A stretch of DNA of 36,867 bases from Elusimicrobiota bacterium (GCA_037137395.1 JBAXKK010000018.1:1-36867); one strand, 5' to 3'. Numbered from the stretch's first letter, positions 9,864-19,732 are shown. The notes: a model not told the origin generated them from the sequence alone. A program made the numbers and translations.

Positions 9864-9886
9864 ACAGGCCCTGCGAACCCTTCTGC

Positions 9887-9941
9887 CTAAAGAACAAGCT
9901 GCATATCCTGCCAGTTGGGGCAGGCTTTGATGTCGGCGCGG
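9887..9941 (-). repeat. Second copy of the polA 3' end (direct repeat of 11705-11759)
   Basis: 48/55 nt identical by manual alignment; reads RADIKACPNWQDMQLVL* versus polA RADIKAGPNWQDMVPVL*. Confidence 0.9.
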
Positions 9942-11609
9942 CTATTTGCGCTGCGCGGAGCGGAAGGATTCGCCCAGGCGCGCCAGCCCCTGGGAGCAGT
10001 CGCGGCCGGTCAGACAGAGGTCGATTAGGACCAGCTTGTCGGTTTCCTTTGAAGCCACGGCAAGGGCGCGCTCCAGCTCGCCTTCCGTGGTGACCCGGAT
10101 ACCGATAGCCTGCCCGTCGCCGGCAAAGGCCGACGGAAGCTTTGCGTAGTCCCACCGCTGGATATCGTTGTAAGGCCCGTCCTCATGAAGAACGCGCTCA
10201 ATGAGGTATCCGTCATTATTGACCACCAAAACTATGGCGGGGCATTTCAGCCGGATCAGTGTGGAAAGTTCCTGGGCCGTCATCTGGAAAGCGCCGTCGC
10301 CGGTCAGCACCACGGGCCTCTTCCCTGGCTCCGCAAGGCCCACCCCTAGCGCGGCTGGGGTGCAATAACCGATAGAACAGTAATAGCACTGCACTATAAA
10401 GTTGCGCGCCTCCTCTATCTGGAACTCCGGCGCCGCGCAAAAAGCGTCGCCCGGTTCGGCCAGCAGGACCATGCGGTCGTCGAGAAAGCAGTTCAGGCGC
10501 TCGTAGGCCCGTGGGGCGGTGAGGGGCCGGTCCGGCTCAGCCGTGAAGGGCTTACGGACAAGATTAGTCGCGGCTGGGTGTGAAGCCAGGTAGGACCGCG
10601 GCCGTATGGCCGGGATCAAGGCCCGGACGAAATCGCCGAGACGGACATTATCGTAGTAGTGATTCCTGAGGCGGACGCGGTCGTTGGCGGCGGCGATCAT
10701 CCGGCGGCTGTCTATCTTTAAGCTGAACAAGCCCGTGTCGAGGTCGGTCATCCACACGCCCAGAGACAGCAGACAGTCGGAGGATTCCACCTGCCGACGG
10801 ACGCTTTCCCGGCTCCACGCTCCCTGGTAGAGGCCAACGAACTGGGGATGCAGTTCGGGAAGAACGCTCTTGCTGCTGAGCATGGTGGCGAAGGGCAGCT
10901 CTACCCCTTCCACCAGCCGGAGAGCGTCGGGCCCCAGGCCGAAACGCGAGAGTTCTACGCCCGCCAGCACTAAGGGTGAGGAGGCCTGATTGATCAGTTC
11001 GGCGGCTTCCGCGACACAATCCTTAAGGCTATCCTCGTCGGAGCGCTCCACAGGAGCAAGCGAGAGCGGGCCGGGGGCGCGACAGGCGGCGCGGGCGAGG
11101 TCAGCGGGTAATTCGATGTAGACAGGCAGCTTGCGGACGATGCAGTTGCGGATTATCCGGTCTATCTCGTCCGGGGCAGTTTCCGGCCGGAGGAGAATAG
11201 CCGCGTCGGTGGTGACCTTCTTGAAGACCTCCAGCTGAAGATAGTAGTCGGTTATAAGGTGATGGACGAGGGCGCCCGCCTCGCGGCGCCGGCTCGCCGG
11301 GGCGCCGCTGATAATAATAAGGGGCACCCGCTCGGCATACGCTCCGGCCACGGCGTTCAGAATGCTCAGGCCGCCGACCCCGTAGGTAACCACGGCCGCG
11401 CCAGCGCCTTTCATCCTGGCGTACCCGTCAGCGGCATAGCCGGCGTTGAGTTCGTTGCAGGTGCCCACCCACTGGACCGGGCTGGCTATAACCTCGTCCA
11501 GAAAATCGAGAACATAGTCGCCCGGCACGCCGAAAAGATGATTGATGCCGGCTTCCTTCAGCCGGTAAAGCAGGTAGCGGGAGATAGTAGTGGACTGTGG
11601 CTCTGTCAT
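9942..11609 (-). CDS. TPP-dependent alpha-keto acid decarboxylase (pyruvate / indolepyruvate decarboxylase family)
   Basis: FGVPGDY, CNELNAGYAADGYAR, VHH, SIGY, GDGAFQMTAQELST...NNDGYLIE TPP-binding motif; GAGG SD. Confidence 0.92.
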   Translation of the reverse strand: MTEPQSTTISRYLLYRLKEAGINHLFGVPGDYVLDFLDEVIASPVQWVGTCNELNAGYAADGYARMKGAGAAVVTYGVGGLSILNAVAGAYAERVPLIIISGAPASRRREAGALVHHLITDYYLQLEVFKKVTTDAAILLRPETAPDEIDRIIRNCIVRKLPVYIELPADLARAACRAPGPLSLAPVERSDEDSLKDCVAEAAELINQASSPLVLAGVELSRFGLGPDALRLVEGVELPFATMLSSKSVLPELHPQFVGLYQGAWSRESVRRQVESSDCLLSLGVWMTDLDTGLFSLKIDSRRMIAAANDRVRLRNHYYDNVRLGDFVRALIPAIRPRSYLASHPAATNLVRKPFTAEPDRPLTAPRAYERLNCFLDDRMVLLAEPGDAFCAAPEFQIEEARNFIVQCYYCSIGYCTPAALGVGLAEPGKRPVVLTGDGAFQMTAQELSTLIRLKCPAIVLVVNNDGYLIERVLHEDGPYNDIQRWDYAKLPSAFAGDGQAIGIRVTTEGELERALAVASKETDKLVLIDLCLTGRDCSQGLARLGESFRSAQRK

Positions 11610-11704
11610 AAAAACCTCACTAGTTTGATTTAAACTTTATAACTGTGATACAAAATCGAATCTAAGCTGCGGCCGGCCCGCTAACCACTAGTCACTGAAA
11701 CTGT

Positions 11705-14269
11705 TCAAAGAACAGGCACCATATCCTGCCAGTTGGGGCCGGCTTTGATATCGGCGCGGAGCGGCACTTCAAGTTTGAATGCGTTCTCCATGCCGTCCTT
11801 TATAATTAGCGCGGCCTCTGCTTCAAAACCAGCTTTAACCTCGAAGACCAGCTCGTCATGCACCTGCAGCACCAGGATTATCTTATCGGAGCCCTTTATC
11901 TTCGCGTGGATGTCGATCATGGCTTTCTTTATTATATCGGCGGAACCGCCTTGTATAGGAGTATTCATCGCCACGCGCTCGGCAAAAGCGCGCATATTGC
12001 CGTTGGTCCCGTTGATGTCCGGCACGGCCCGCCGCCGGCCTGTGAAAGTGGTAACGCAGCCGTTAATCTTTGCGGCGGCTATTGTGCCGTCTATCCAGGA
12101 CTTAACTCCGGAATAAACCTCAAAATAATGCTTTATATATTTTGCAGCCTCCGCCCGGGGTATGCCCAATTCCCGGGCCAGCCCCTGGGCGGTCTGGCCG
12201 TAGACGATGCCGAAATTTATGGCCTTGGCGGAACGCCGCATTTCCTTTGTAACCAGCTCCGGGGCGGCGTGAAAAACCTCGCAGGCCGTGCGCAAATGAA
12301 TATCCTCGTTGGCGCGGAAAGCAGTCAGCAGATTTTTATCTCCGGAAACATGGGCGAGCACCCGCAGATCTATCTGCGAATAGTCGGCGCTCATAAGCGA
12401 GCTTCCGTTCCGGGCGCGGAAGGCGCGGCGCACCAGCTGCCCGTAAGCGGAACGTACAGGGATATTCTGCAGATTGGGTTTGGAACTTGAAAATCTGCCG
12501 GTGGCCGTGCCCGCCTGCTCGAAGGTGCTGTGCACCCGCCCATTCCCGTCGGCAGCGGCCAGGAGGTTGTCGACGAAGGAGGATTTAAGCTTTGAAATCT
12601 CCCGGAATTCCAGAAGCTTTTCTATAACGGGATGGGCCGGTTTGAGAAAGGTGAGAACTTCCTCCGCGGTCGAGTATCCATCCTTGGTCTTGAACATCTT
12701 TTTCTGCGCGTCATCCAGCTGGATATTCAGCTTCTCGTACAAAAGCCAGCCCAGCTGCTTTGGAGAATTAAGGTTCACTTTGTGTCCGGTCAGCCGCTCG
12801 GCCTCGGCCTCGATAGCCGTCAATTTGGCCGAAAACTCTTCTGAGAGTTCCCTGAGCAACCCGACATCCACTCTGAAGCCCGCCGCCTCCATCGCGTAGA
12901 TAACCGGAATCAGCGGCAGCTCAAGTTCGGAGTAAACCTTTTCCATCCCGGCCAAAACAAGCTCCTTCTTGATGTCGGGGTAGATGCGCGCCATCGCTCC
13001 GGCCGCGGTAAGGAGCTCCTCCCTGGAGCCTTCTTCCCGCGTCAGAGCGCCTGTCTTCTCAAAAACCAGTTTTGAGATATCGCTCTTACGCGCACTCAAA
13101 AGCGAATGAGCGATCTCAAGTTCGAAAAAATTATTCATTTCGCGGGTCGGCTCAAAACCAATGAGATGGAGAACGCTCTTGAGGCCGGCCGCTACCTTAA
13201 AAACCCGGCTATCCTGCACAAGGACGGAAAGGCCGACCTTATCTTCGCCTTTAAGTTCACCTTGCCCAAAGTAAGCCGCCCCCTTATCCGAGCCGGCGCA
13301 AACCGCGCCCAGGGAATGGGCCAGGCAGATAAAACCATCACTCTTTCCGCGCGCCAGAACTTCCAAAAGCGGCATTTCGGCCGTCAGCGGCGCGTCAAAA
13401 AGCGTCTGCTGCGGGGTTACGGCGGCCAGATCCCTGAACTCGTAGCGCCGGGCGAGCTCGCCGGCCAGGGCGGCGTCAGGGGCTTTAACCTCAAACTCAT
13501 CTATATCTCCCTCTACGGGAGCTTTGCCTTCAAGCGTAACCAACCGCTTGGACAACGCGGCCTCATCCTTATGCCCGGCCACCTTGGCCAATAATTTATC
13601 CTTGACCGCCTGCCGCGGGTCTGAGGCTGCGGTCAGTATGTTTTCCAGCGCGCCGTACGCCCCCAACAATTTGGCCGCGCCCTTCGGACCGATACCGGCC
13701 ACACCCGGCACATTATCGGAAGCATCACCGGTGAGGGCCAGATAATCCGCTATCTGGGAAGGTTTAACGCCGAACTTAGCAAGAACTTCCGCCTCTCCGG
13801 AAAATGAGGCGGCGCTGCCATCCCAGAGCTTTATCTCGTCCCCCACCAGCTGCGCGGCATCCTTATCACCTGTCACAATGACTACTTCATAACCCGCGGC
13901 GGAGAACCTGCGCGCCAGGGTAGCGATAATATCGTCAGCCTCATAACCGGGCAGGACCACGGCCTTTAGGCCCACGGCCTTCGGCAATTCCGTAGCGGCT
14001 TTAAGCTGCGCCAGCAGGTCGGGTTCTATCTCTTTCCGGTTGGCTTTATACTCGGCGTAAATGACGTCGCGGAAAGTACTCCCGGGCGCGTCAAAACAAA
14101 CGGCCGCGTAGTACGGCTTGTGCTCTTTTTTTATCTTAAGAAGCAGGCGCAGGAAACCATACAAGGCCCCGACCGGCTCCCCTCTGGAGTTTGTCAATTT
14201 AGGCAAGGCGTGATAACTGCGATGCAGGAACGCGTGCGCGTCTATGATAAAGATTGTTTTTTTGGACAT
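11705..14269 (-). CDS. polA: DNA polymerase I
   Basis: 5'-3' exonuclease motifs (YKANR, EADD, GDASDNVPGV); polymerase motifs TGRFSSSKPNLQNIP, ADYSQIDLR, AKAINFGIVYG, QVHDEL. Confidence 0.98.
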   Translation of the reverse strand: MSKKTIFIIDAHAFLHRSYHALPKLTNSRGEPVGALYGFLRLLLKIKKEHKPYYAAVCFDAPGSTFRDVIYAEYKANRKEIEPDLLAQLKAATELPKAVGLKAVVLPGYEADDIIATLARRFSAAGYEVVIVTGDKDAAQLVGDEIKLWDGSAASFSGEAEVLAKFGVKPSQIADYLALTGDASDNVPGVAGIGPKGAAKLLGAYGALENILTAASDPRQAVKDKLLAKVAGHKDEAALSKRLVTLEGKAPVEGDIDEFEVKAPDAALAGELARRYEFRDLAAVTPQQTLFDAPLTAEMPLLEVLARGKSDGFICLAHSLGAVCAGSDKGAAYFGQGELKGEDKVGLSVLVQDSRVFKVAAGLKSVLHLIGFEPTREMNNFFELEIAHSLLSARKSDISKLVFEKTGALTREEGSREELLTAAGAMARIYPDIKKELVLAGMEKVYSELELPLIPVIYAMEAAGFRVDVGLLRELSEEFSAKLTAIEAEAERLTGHKVNLNSPKQLGWLLYEKLNIQLDDAQKKMFKTKDGYSTAEEVLTFLKPAHPVIEKLLEFREISKLKSSFVDNLLAAADGNGRVHSTFEQAGTATGRFSSSKPNLQNIPVRSAYGQLVRRAFRARNGSSLMSADYSQIDLRVLAHVSGDKNLLTAFRANEDIHLRTACEVFHAAPELVTKEMRRSAKAINFGIVYGQTAQGLARELGIPRAEAAKYIKHYFEVYSGVKSWIDGTIAAAKINGCVTTFTGRRRAVPDINGTNGNMRAFAERVAMNTPIQGGSADIIKKAMIDIHAKIKGSDKIILVLQVHDELVFEVKAGFEAEAALIIKDGMENAFKLEVPLRADIKAGPNWQDMVPVL

Positions 14270-14274
14270 ATGCC

Positions 14275-14389
14275 AGGGTAGAGGGGAGAGGGTTTAGGGT
14301 TGAGGGTAAAAAAGAGTGTACGGCATGCTGTCGGGGGGGTAGGATGAGGACTTCATTTCTGCACCCTCCCCCCTAACCCCTATACCCTA
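14275..14389. repeat. Inverted heptamer array pair, AGGGTNN family
   Basis: AGGGTAG AGGGGAG AGGGTTT AGGGTTG AGGGTAA ... CACCCT CCCCCCT AACCCCT ATACCCT; last unit overlaps the trxA stop. Confidence 0.85.
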
Positions 14390-14713
14390 TTTTACAAGTT
14401 CGTCCAGATGACGCTTGAGCTCATCTTTTGGCTGCAGACCCACAAGTTCCTGCACCAGTTTTCCGCCCTTGAACAACAATATGGTAGGGATGGCGGAAAT
14501 ACGGTAAGTGGCGGACGAATCGGGATTCTCGTCAGTATTCAATTTACAAACCTTAACTTTGCCCTCGTATTCCTTGGCCAGCTCTTCAATGGTGGACGCG
14601 ATCATTTTGCAGGGGCCGCACCAGGGCGCCCAGAAATCCACCAGCGCCGGAATGGCACTTTTTATAACTTCCTGGTCAAAACTGGCGTCTGTCAGCTGTA
14701 TTTCATTGGACAT
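14387..14713 (-). CDS. trxA: Thioredoxin
   Basis: DFWAPWCGPC, 108 aa, AGGAG SD. Confidence 0.97.
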   Translation of the reverse strand: MSNEIQLTDASFDQEVIKSAIPALVDFWAPWCGPCKMIASTIEELAKEYEGKVKVCKLNTDENPDSSATYRISAIPTILLFKGGKLVQELVGLQPKDELKRHLDELVK

Positions 14714-14726
14714 ATCAGGCTCCTTC

Positions 14727-14819
14727 CAAGCGACAAGTAGTAAGTGATAAGGATTAAGTTTTATGACTTTACTACTTACGACTTAATCCTTAATCTTGCT
14801 CCCTAATCTTTAACCCCTA
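14727..14819. repeat. Inverted heptamer array pair, TAAGT(G/A)N / NNACTTA family
   Basis: CAAGTAG TAAGTGA TAAGGAT TAAGT ... TTACTAC TTACGAC TTAATCC TTAATCT. Confidence 0.8.
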
Positions 14820-14830
14820 TGTTATAAGAC

Positions 14831-15214
14831 TTAATTTTTCTTGTCAAGCAGATACTTTACTTCGGCCCAGAGCTCATCTATATCTACCGGCTTGGAGAAG
14901 AAAGACCCCCCGCCCGCGAGCATAGCCTCAGAGCGATCAGCCGGTTCGGTGTATTTGGCGGAGATGAAAATAACGGGGATTTTCTTGAGCCGCTCCGTTT
15001 GTTTTATAGTGCGCATAAACTCCACGCCGTGCATGTCCGGCAGCTGCACATCCAGAATAATAATGGACGGGATTGTCTTCGCCAGAACATCAATAGCCTC
15101 ACGAGCAGAGTTGACCACGGTTATTTGAGCTTCCACGTTCTTAAGTTTAAGACCGTCCGAAAGAGTGTCGATAAAATTCCTGTCGTCGTCCACTATCAGC
15201 ATGTTCATTTCCAT
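14831..15214 (-). CDS. Single-domain response regulator (receiver only)
   Basis: LIVDDD, ILDVQLPDMHG, ISA, FSKP; start set at MEMNML with an AAGGA SD. Confidence 0.9.
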   Translation of the reverse strand: MEMNMLIVDDDRNFIDTLSDGLKLKNVEAQITVVNSAREAIDVLAKTIPSIIILDVQLPDMHGVEFMRTIKQTERLKKIPVIFISAKYTEPADRSEAMLAGGGSFFSKPVDIDELWAEVKYLLDKKN

Positions 15215-15242
15215 TAATTTATTTATCCTTATCGCGTCGAAC

Positions 15243-15305
15243 AACCGTCAAATGTAAAGCCTAAAGCGAAAACCGTTAACCTTTCCCGTTTCCCGCTTTG
15301 CGGCT
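15243..15305. repeat. Degenerate inverted heptamer array pair (AAGCGNA / TNCGCTT-like)
   Basis: AACCGTC AAATGTA AAGCCTA AAGCGAA ... TTAACCT TTCCCGT TTCCCGC TTTGCGG. Confidence 0.55.
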
Positions 15306-16039
15306 CATAACCCTAAAGCCAGGCGCTCTATAAGCACCCCGGGAAAGCCGGAGGCCCGCATAAGTTCCTGCGTTTTAGAAAAATCATAATCCACGCGAAA
15401 GATCTCAAAAGTCTTTTTTTTTGAATTATACAACCCGCAGGAGGCGCGATGATTGCCGTCGCGTGGCTGCCCCACGGACCCTGGATTGAGCATATAGCGC
15501 GCGCCATCCAACATAACCTTGGCCTTGGGCCGCAGGAAACCGGTTTCCGGCGGAAGCCCGCCGCTCTGACGGAAATAGATCGGCGTATGGCTGTGGCCCA
15601 TAAAACAGGGTGATTTATCCCAATAGGCCAGATTTTCGACAAACTGGTCCTCGCTCAGGAGATATTCTGTAAGAGGTTTTCTGGGAGTGCCGTGGACCAT
15701 AGTAAAATCTTCGGTCTTTACGGTTTCGGGCAAGGCGTCCAGATAAGCCAGTTCGGCCTCTGATAACTCTTTTTTGGCGTACGCTATAGCTGTCAGCGCG
15801 TTTTTATTAAACCAGCGCAATTCCATCTTTCCTGTCAGCGCGGCGTCGTGGTTCCCCAGGACGATATCGAGACCCGGCAGCCCCATAACTTCGCGCACGC
15901 ATTCTCCGGGCTGTGGGCCGTAGCCTACCAGGTCCCCGCAGCAGATAAAGCGCGACGCCGCATTTTTCCGAAAAAAAGCCAGCACCGCTTTCAGGGCTTC
16001 AAAGTTGGCGTGGACATCAGAAAAAACCCCGTAGAGCAT
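15305..16039 (-). CDS. Calcineurin-like metallophosphoesterase
   Basis: SDVHAN, GDLVGYGP, GNHD, VHG, GHSH, NPGSVGQPRDG. Confidence 0.93.
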   Translation of the reverse strand: MLYGVFSDVHANFEALKAVLAFFRKNAASRFICCGDLVGYGPQPGECVREVMGLPGLDIVLGNHDAALTGKMELRWFNKNALTAIAYAKKELSEAELAYLDALPETVKTEDFTMVHGTPRKPLTEYLLSEDQFVENLAYWDKSPCFMGHSHTPIYFRQSGGLPPETGFLRPKAKVMLDGARYMLNPGSVGQPRDGNHRASCGLYNSKKKTFEIFRVDYDFSKTQELMRASGFPGVLIERLALGL

Positions 16040-16054
16040 AAATTAATTGGATAT

Positions 16055-16161
16055 AGCGGCAGTGCGACAGCAAGAAAGTACGACAGTTAAAAAAGTATTC
16101 CCAGCATCCCCCATAGAATCTAAACCTGCCAAGCTGTCTCGCTGTCGTACTGCCGCGCTGC
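16055..16161. repeat. Inverted octamer array pair (CTGCCGCG family)
   Basis: AGCGGCAG TGCGACAG CAAGAAAG TACGACAG ... CTGCCAAG CTGTCTCG CTGTCGTA CTGCCGCG; abuts the smc stop. Confidence 0.8.
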
Positions 16162-19100
16162 CTACGCTCCGACCTGGGCCTTCACTTTTCCCCCGCCCTC
16201 GGTCATCGCCGAAGCTTTTTTGAGGTCCACCGAGATAAGCTTGGACACGCCGAGCTCTTCCATGGTAACGCCATAAAGCACGTCCGCGGCTTCCATGGTG
16301 CGCTTGTTGTGAGTGATAACGATGAACTGCGTTGTGCCGGAGAATTCGCGCAGCAGGCGCACAAAGCGCTCCACATTGGCTTCATCCAGCGGGGCGTCGG
16401 CCTCATCCATCACGCAGAAGGGTGAGGGGTTGACGCAGAAGAAACTGAACAGCAGCGCCAGGGCCGTGAGGGCTTTCTCTCCGCCGGAAAGCTGGGAAAT
16501 GCTCACCAGTTTTTTGCCCGGGGGGTGCGCCAGTATTTCCACGCCGGTCTCAAGGATATTCTCCGGCTGGGTCAGGATCAGGTTCGCCTCTCCGCCGTTG
16601 AACAGGAGTCCGTAGATCTGTTTAAAATGCCCCTGCACCTTGTCAAAAGTGAGCTTAAAGTTCTCGCGTGTAGTCTCGTTAATCTTGGCGATGGCGGAGC
16701 GCAGATCCGCCTTTGCGCGGTTAAGGTCCTCAACCTGCGAATTCATAAAGTTGAAGCGGTTGATCAGGGCGTCATATTCTTCGGGGGCGGTCATATTTAC
16801 CGCGCCCATATTCTCAAGGCGCTTACGCAGGAATTTCACCCGTTCGGCGTCCACTTCTACCGCGCCGAATTTTTCCCTGGCGTCTTCCAGGACCAGGTTC
16901 CATTCCTCGTTGAGCCGCTTTGTCAGGTCCTCGCTGCGGGTCTTTAAAGTGTTTATCCTTAACTCTATGCCGTAGCGTTTTTTTTCGCTCTCCGCGCTCA
17001 GCTCCCTGGAGTCGCTGAGGTTTATGTTCAGGCGGCCGTAGTCGTTGCGCAGCGCGTTAGTCTCGCCGGACAGCTGCTTCTCCATGATCTCTTTTTCCGC
17101 CAGCTCGCTCATAACTTCCATAAGCCGGTTGTGGGCCTCCCCGGTCTCGATGACAAGCCGGGCGGCTTGTTCCGCCAGTTCTTTCACGCGGATGGCGGCG
17201 TGTTCCCTCTCGGCCCGCAGGCTGGCGACATGACTTTCCAGACGGACCGCCTCTTCCTTCATAAGTTCCAGATTCTTCTGGTGGTTGTCCAGATTAGCTT
17301 TCTTGCCGCCGATATCTTCCTTGGCTTTGGAGTAAGCCGAGTGCAGGGAATCCTTTTTACCGGCCAGGGCGGCCATGTCCGCCCTTTTGCTCTCAGATAT
17401 CCGTTTGGCGTCCTCAAGGCGCGCGCTTAAGTCCGTGAGGCGGCTTTCGGCGTCAGCCAGGACGCTTTCAGCTTTGGCTGTTTCAGCGCAGATCAATTCA
17501 ATATTCTGCGCGTTAATCCCGGCTTCGCCCTCAGCGTTCTCGGCCTCCACCTGCGTGCGATGCAGATTCATATTGATATCGGTAATCTTTATACCCAGAG
17601 CCTCGGCCCTGGCTGAGACTTCAGCCAGTTTAGCCGCGACTTCGATCTTTTCGGAGGAAAGTTTGGTCTCTTCTTCTTCGTAAGCCCGTATCTTGTCCTT
17701 AAGATCGCCTTCCTCTTCCCAGTAAGGTTCGTTTGAGGTAACCTCTTCAACTCCGCCTGACACCCAGAAGGAGCCCATCACGGAACCGCCGGAAGAGTAG
17801 ATGCCGCTCAGAAGATGATTGAGCGCGGCGTCATATTCGGCGGAGGTTGAAATCTTCTCTCTGATCTTAACCGCATTGGGGATCGCCCAGGCGGAGGATT
17901 CGCCGACGGAACTAACCTTGTCCAGAATCAGGAAGCGGCAGCGGCCCTTGCCCAGATGTTTGAGATAATCTATGGCTTCCTGGGCGCGCTCGGAATTATC
18001 GCATACGACGGCGTCCATGAAACGGCCCAACGCCTCTTCCACCGCCAGTTTGTCTTCTTTCTTTACGGTCAGGAGATGGCGAAGCGTGCCCCGGATACCG
18101 GAGACGCCTGAATTGAGTACATTGTTGATTCCGACCCAATAAGAATCTTTTTCTCCCTGGGCCAGGATAGCTTCCAGGCGCGAGCGGGTGCCGGTTTTTT
18201 CGGCGTTCAACTCGTTCAGTCGGAGGATTATCGTGTCCAGGCGGCCGGAGGCGGCGCTCTTGGCGGATTCGGCTTCAGCAAGAAGGGCCTTTTCTGCGTT
18301 CAGGGCCGCTTCATTCTCGGCCGCGCGGGCGCGGATACCGGAAAGCTTCTCCGCAATTTCGGCGCGGCGGGTATTTAAGCCCTCCAGGTCTTTTTTTAAA
18401 CTCAGAATATCTTCTTTGTAGTGGCCAATACTGGAACTTGTGGAGGCGATATCGCTGGAGACTTCAACTTCGGTCTGGTAAGCGGCTGTTATGTCTTTCT
18501 CTATGGCGTTTGTGGAAGCGTCCACGGAGTTCATTTCCTCTTCTATCTTGGCAAGCTCCGCCAGGCCGGTCTCGTAATCATTTTTAAGCGCACCCAGCTC
18601 CGCTTCACTGTTTGCCAGGGCAGCCTGCGTCTCTTCTATGCGGGGAGCGGCGGCCGCGAGGGCTGTTTCGTTGCGCTGCCCGGATTCTTCATTTGTTTTT
18701 GTCTGTTTAGCGACAATTTCAGCCATACTGCCGTTGCTGACGATGGTACCTTCAAGGCGGACTTTTTCAAATTTCACGGACGCGATGGCTTCATTCAACA
18801 CCCGCTCTTCTTCCTGCCGCTGGGTGAGTGTAAGGTTCATGGCCGCGAGCTCGCCTTCGAGCGCGGTTATGGCTGTCGCGGTTTCTTCGATATCCTTCTG
18901 CACTGGTAAAAGAGCTGCGTTTTCGGCTTCCACCTCGGAATTGAACCCGGAAATTTCCTTAACCAGCATGGAGACCTCAGCCGCCGTGAGCTCCTCCTTG
19001 TACTTCTGCTGGGTGCGGGCGCGCTTGGCTTCGGCGTCCAGTTTTTTTATCTGCTCGTCTATCAGTGTCATCGAGTCGGCCAGGCGCGCCAGATCCGCGT

Positions 19101-19653
19101 CCACTTTTTCCAGTTTCCGCAGAGCTTCTTCGCGCTTGGCCTTGTATTTTGAAACACCGGCGGCCTCTTCAAAAAGTTCTCTGCGCTCCTCGGGGCTGGC
19201 GGACAGGACATACTCCACTTCGCCCTGGTCTATAATGGCGTAGCCGTCGGTGCCGACCCCGGTGTCCATAAACATCTCGCGGATGTCTTTAAGGCGGCAC
19301 TGCACCTTGTTTATAAAATATTCGGATTCTTCGGAACGGTAGATCTTGCGTGTCACCGTTACTTCGCTGAAATCCAAAGGAAGCTTGCGGGACTCATTGT
19401 CGAAGGTCATGGCCACTTCGGCCATATTTAGCTGGGAGCGCTTGGTGGTGCCGGCAAATATGACGTCCATCATGGACGGCATGCGAAGCGACTTCCAGGA
19501 CATCTCGCCTATACACCACTTCAGGGAGTCAACCACGTTGGACTTACCGCAGCCGTTGGGCCCCACGATACAGGTTATGCCGGGCTTAAGCGGCAGCTTC
19601 ACTTTATTCGCGAATGATTTAAAACCGTAAATTTCAATGGCTTTCAAATACAT
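16162..19653 (-). CDS. smc: Chromosome segregation protein SMC
   Basis: GFKSF, GPNGCGKSN Walker A, long coiled coils with hinge, LSGGEK signature, MDEADAPLD Walker B, ITH. Confidence 0.97.
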   Translation of the reverse strand: MYLKAIEIYGFKSFANKVKLPLKPGITCIVGPNGCGKSNVVDSLKWCIGEMSWKSLRMPSMMDVIFAGTTKRSQLNMAEVAMTFDNESRKLPLDFSEVTVTRKIYRSEESEYFINKVQCRLKDIREMFMDTGVGTDGYAIIDQGEVEYVLSASPEERRELFEEAAGVSKYKAKREEALRKLEKVDADLARLADSMTLIDEQIKKLDAEAKRARTQQKYKEELTAAEVSMLVKEISGFNSEVEAENAALLPVQKDIEETATAITALEGELAAMNLTLTQRQEEERVLNEAIASVKFEKVRLEGTIVSNGSMAEIVAKQTKTNEESGQRNETALAAAAPRIEETQAALANSEAELGALKNDYETGLAELAKIEEEMNSVDASTNAIEKDITAAYQTEVEVSSDIASTSSSIGHYKEDILSLKKDLEGLNTRRAEIAEKLSGIRARAAENEAALNAEKALLAEAESAKSAASGRLDTIILRLNELNAEKTGTRSRLEAILAQGEKDSYWVGINNVLNSGVSGIRGTLRHLLTVKKEDKLAVEEALGRFMDAVVCDNSERAQEAIDYLKHLGKGRCRFLILDKVSSVGESSAWAIPNAVKIREKISTSAEYDAALNHLLSGIYSSGGSVMGSFWVSGGVEEVTSNEPYWEEEGDLKDKIRAYEEEETKLSSEKIEVAAKLAEVSARAEALGIKITDINMNLHRTQVEAENAEGEAGINAQNIELICAETAKAESVLADAESRLTDLSARLEDAKRISESKRADMAALAGKKDSLHSAYSKAKEDIGGKKANLDNHQKNLELMKEEAVRLESHVASLRAEREHAAIRVKELAEQAARLVIETGEAHNRLMEVMSELAEKEIMEKQLSGETNALRNDYGRLNINLSDSRELSAESEKKRYGIELRINTLKTRSEDLTKRLNEEWNLVLEDAREKFGAVEVDAERVKFLRKRLENMGAVNMTAPEEYDALINRFNFMNSQVEDLNRAKADLRSAIAKINETTRENFKLTFDKVQGHFKQIYGLLFNGGEANLILTQPENILETGVEILAHPPGKKLVSISQLSGGEKALTALALLFSFFCVNPSPFCVMDEADAPLDEANVERFVRLLREFSGTTQFIVITHNKRTMEAADVLYGVTMEELGVSKLISVDLKKASAMTEGGGKVKAQVGA

Positions 19654-19716
19654 CAGATTGTCCTTTTTTATGAAAATCAGGCGGCCGCCGTAAACTCCCG
19701 GCGGGTTTATAACATT

Positions 19717-19725
19717 ATTATATCA
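19717..19725 (-). promoter_or_regulatory. Extended -10 promoter of smc
   Basis: Minus strand TGATATAAT about 65 nt upstream of the smc ATG. Confidence 0.5.
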
Positions 19726-19732
19726 TAAGAGC

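Noticed and set aside
9700..10155. 151-aa minus-strand ORF
   Set aside because: It overlaps the decarboxylase end, the polA duplicate and the hairpin out of frame; low-complexity product.
6601..14310. TTTAGGG / TTAGGG telomere-like sequence
   Set aside because: Only isolated units within degenerate AGGGTNN arrays in an ordinary bacterial gene context.
16162..19653. SMC as part of a Wadjet/MksBEF defence system, or SbcCD with the adjacent phosphoesterase
   Set aside because: Canonical hinge-type SMC without a CxxC hook; no jet/mks partners; scpAB are often encoded elsewhere.
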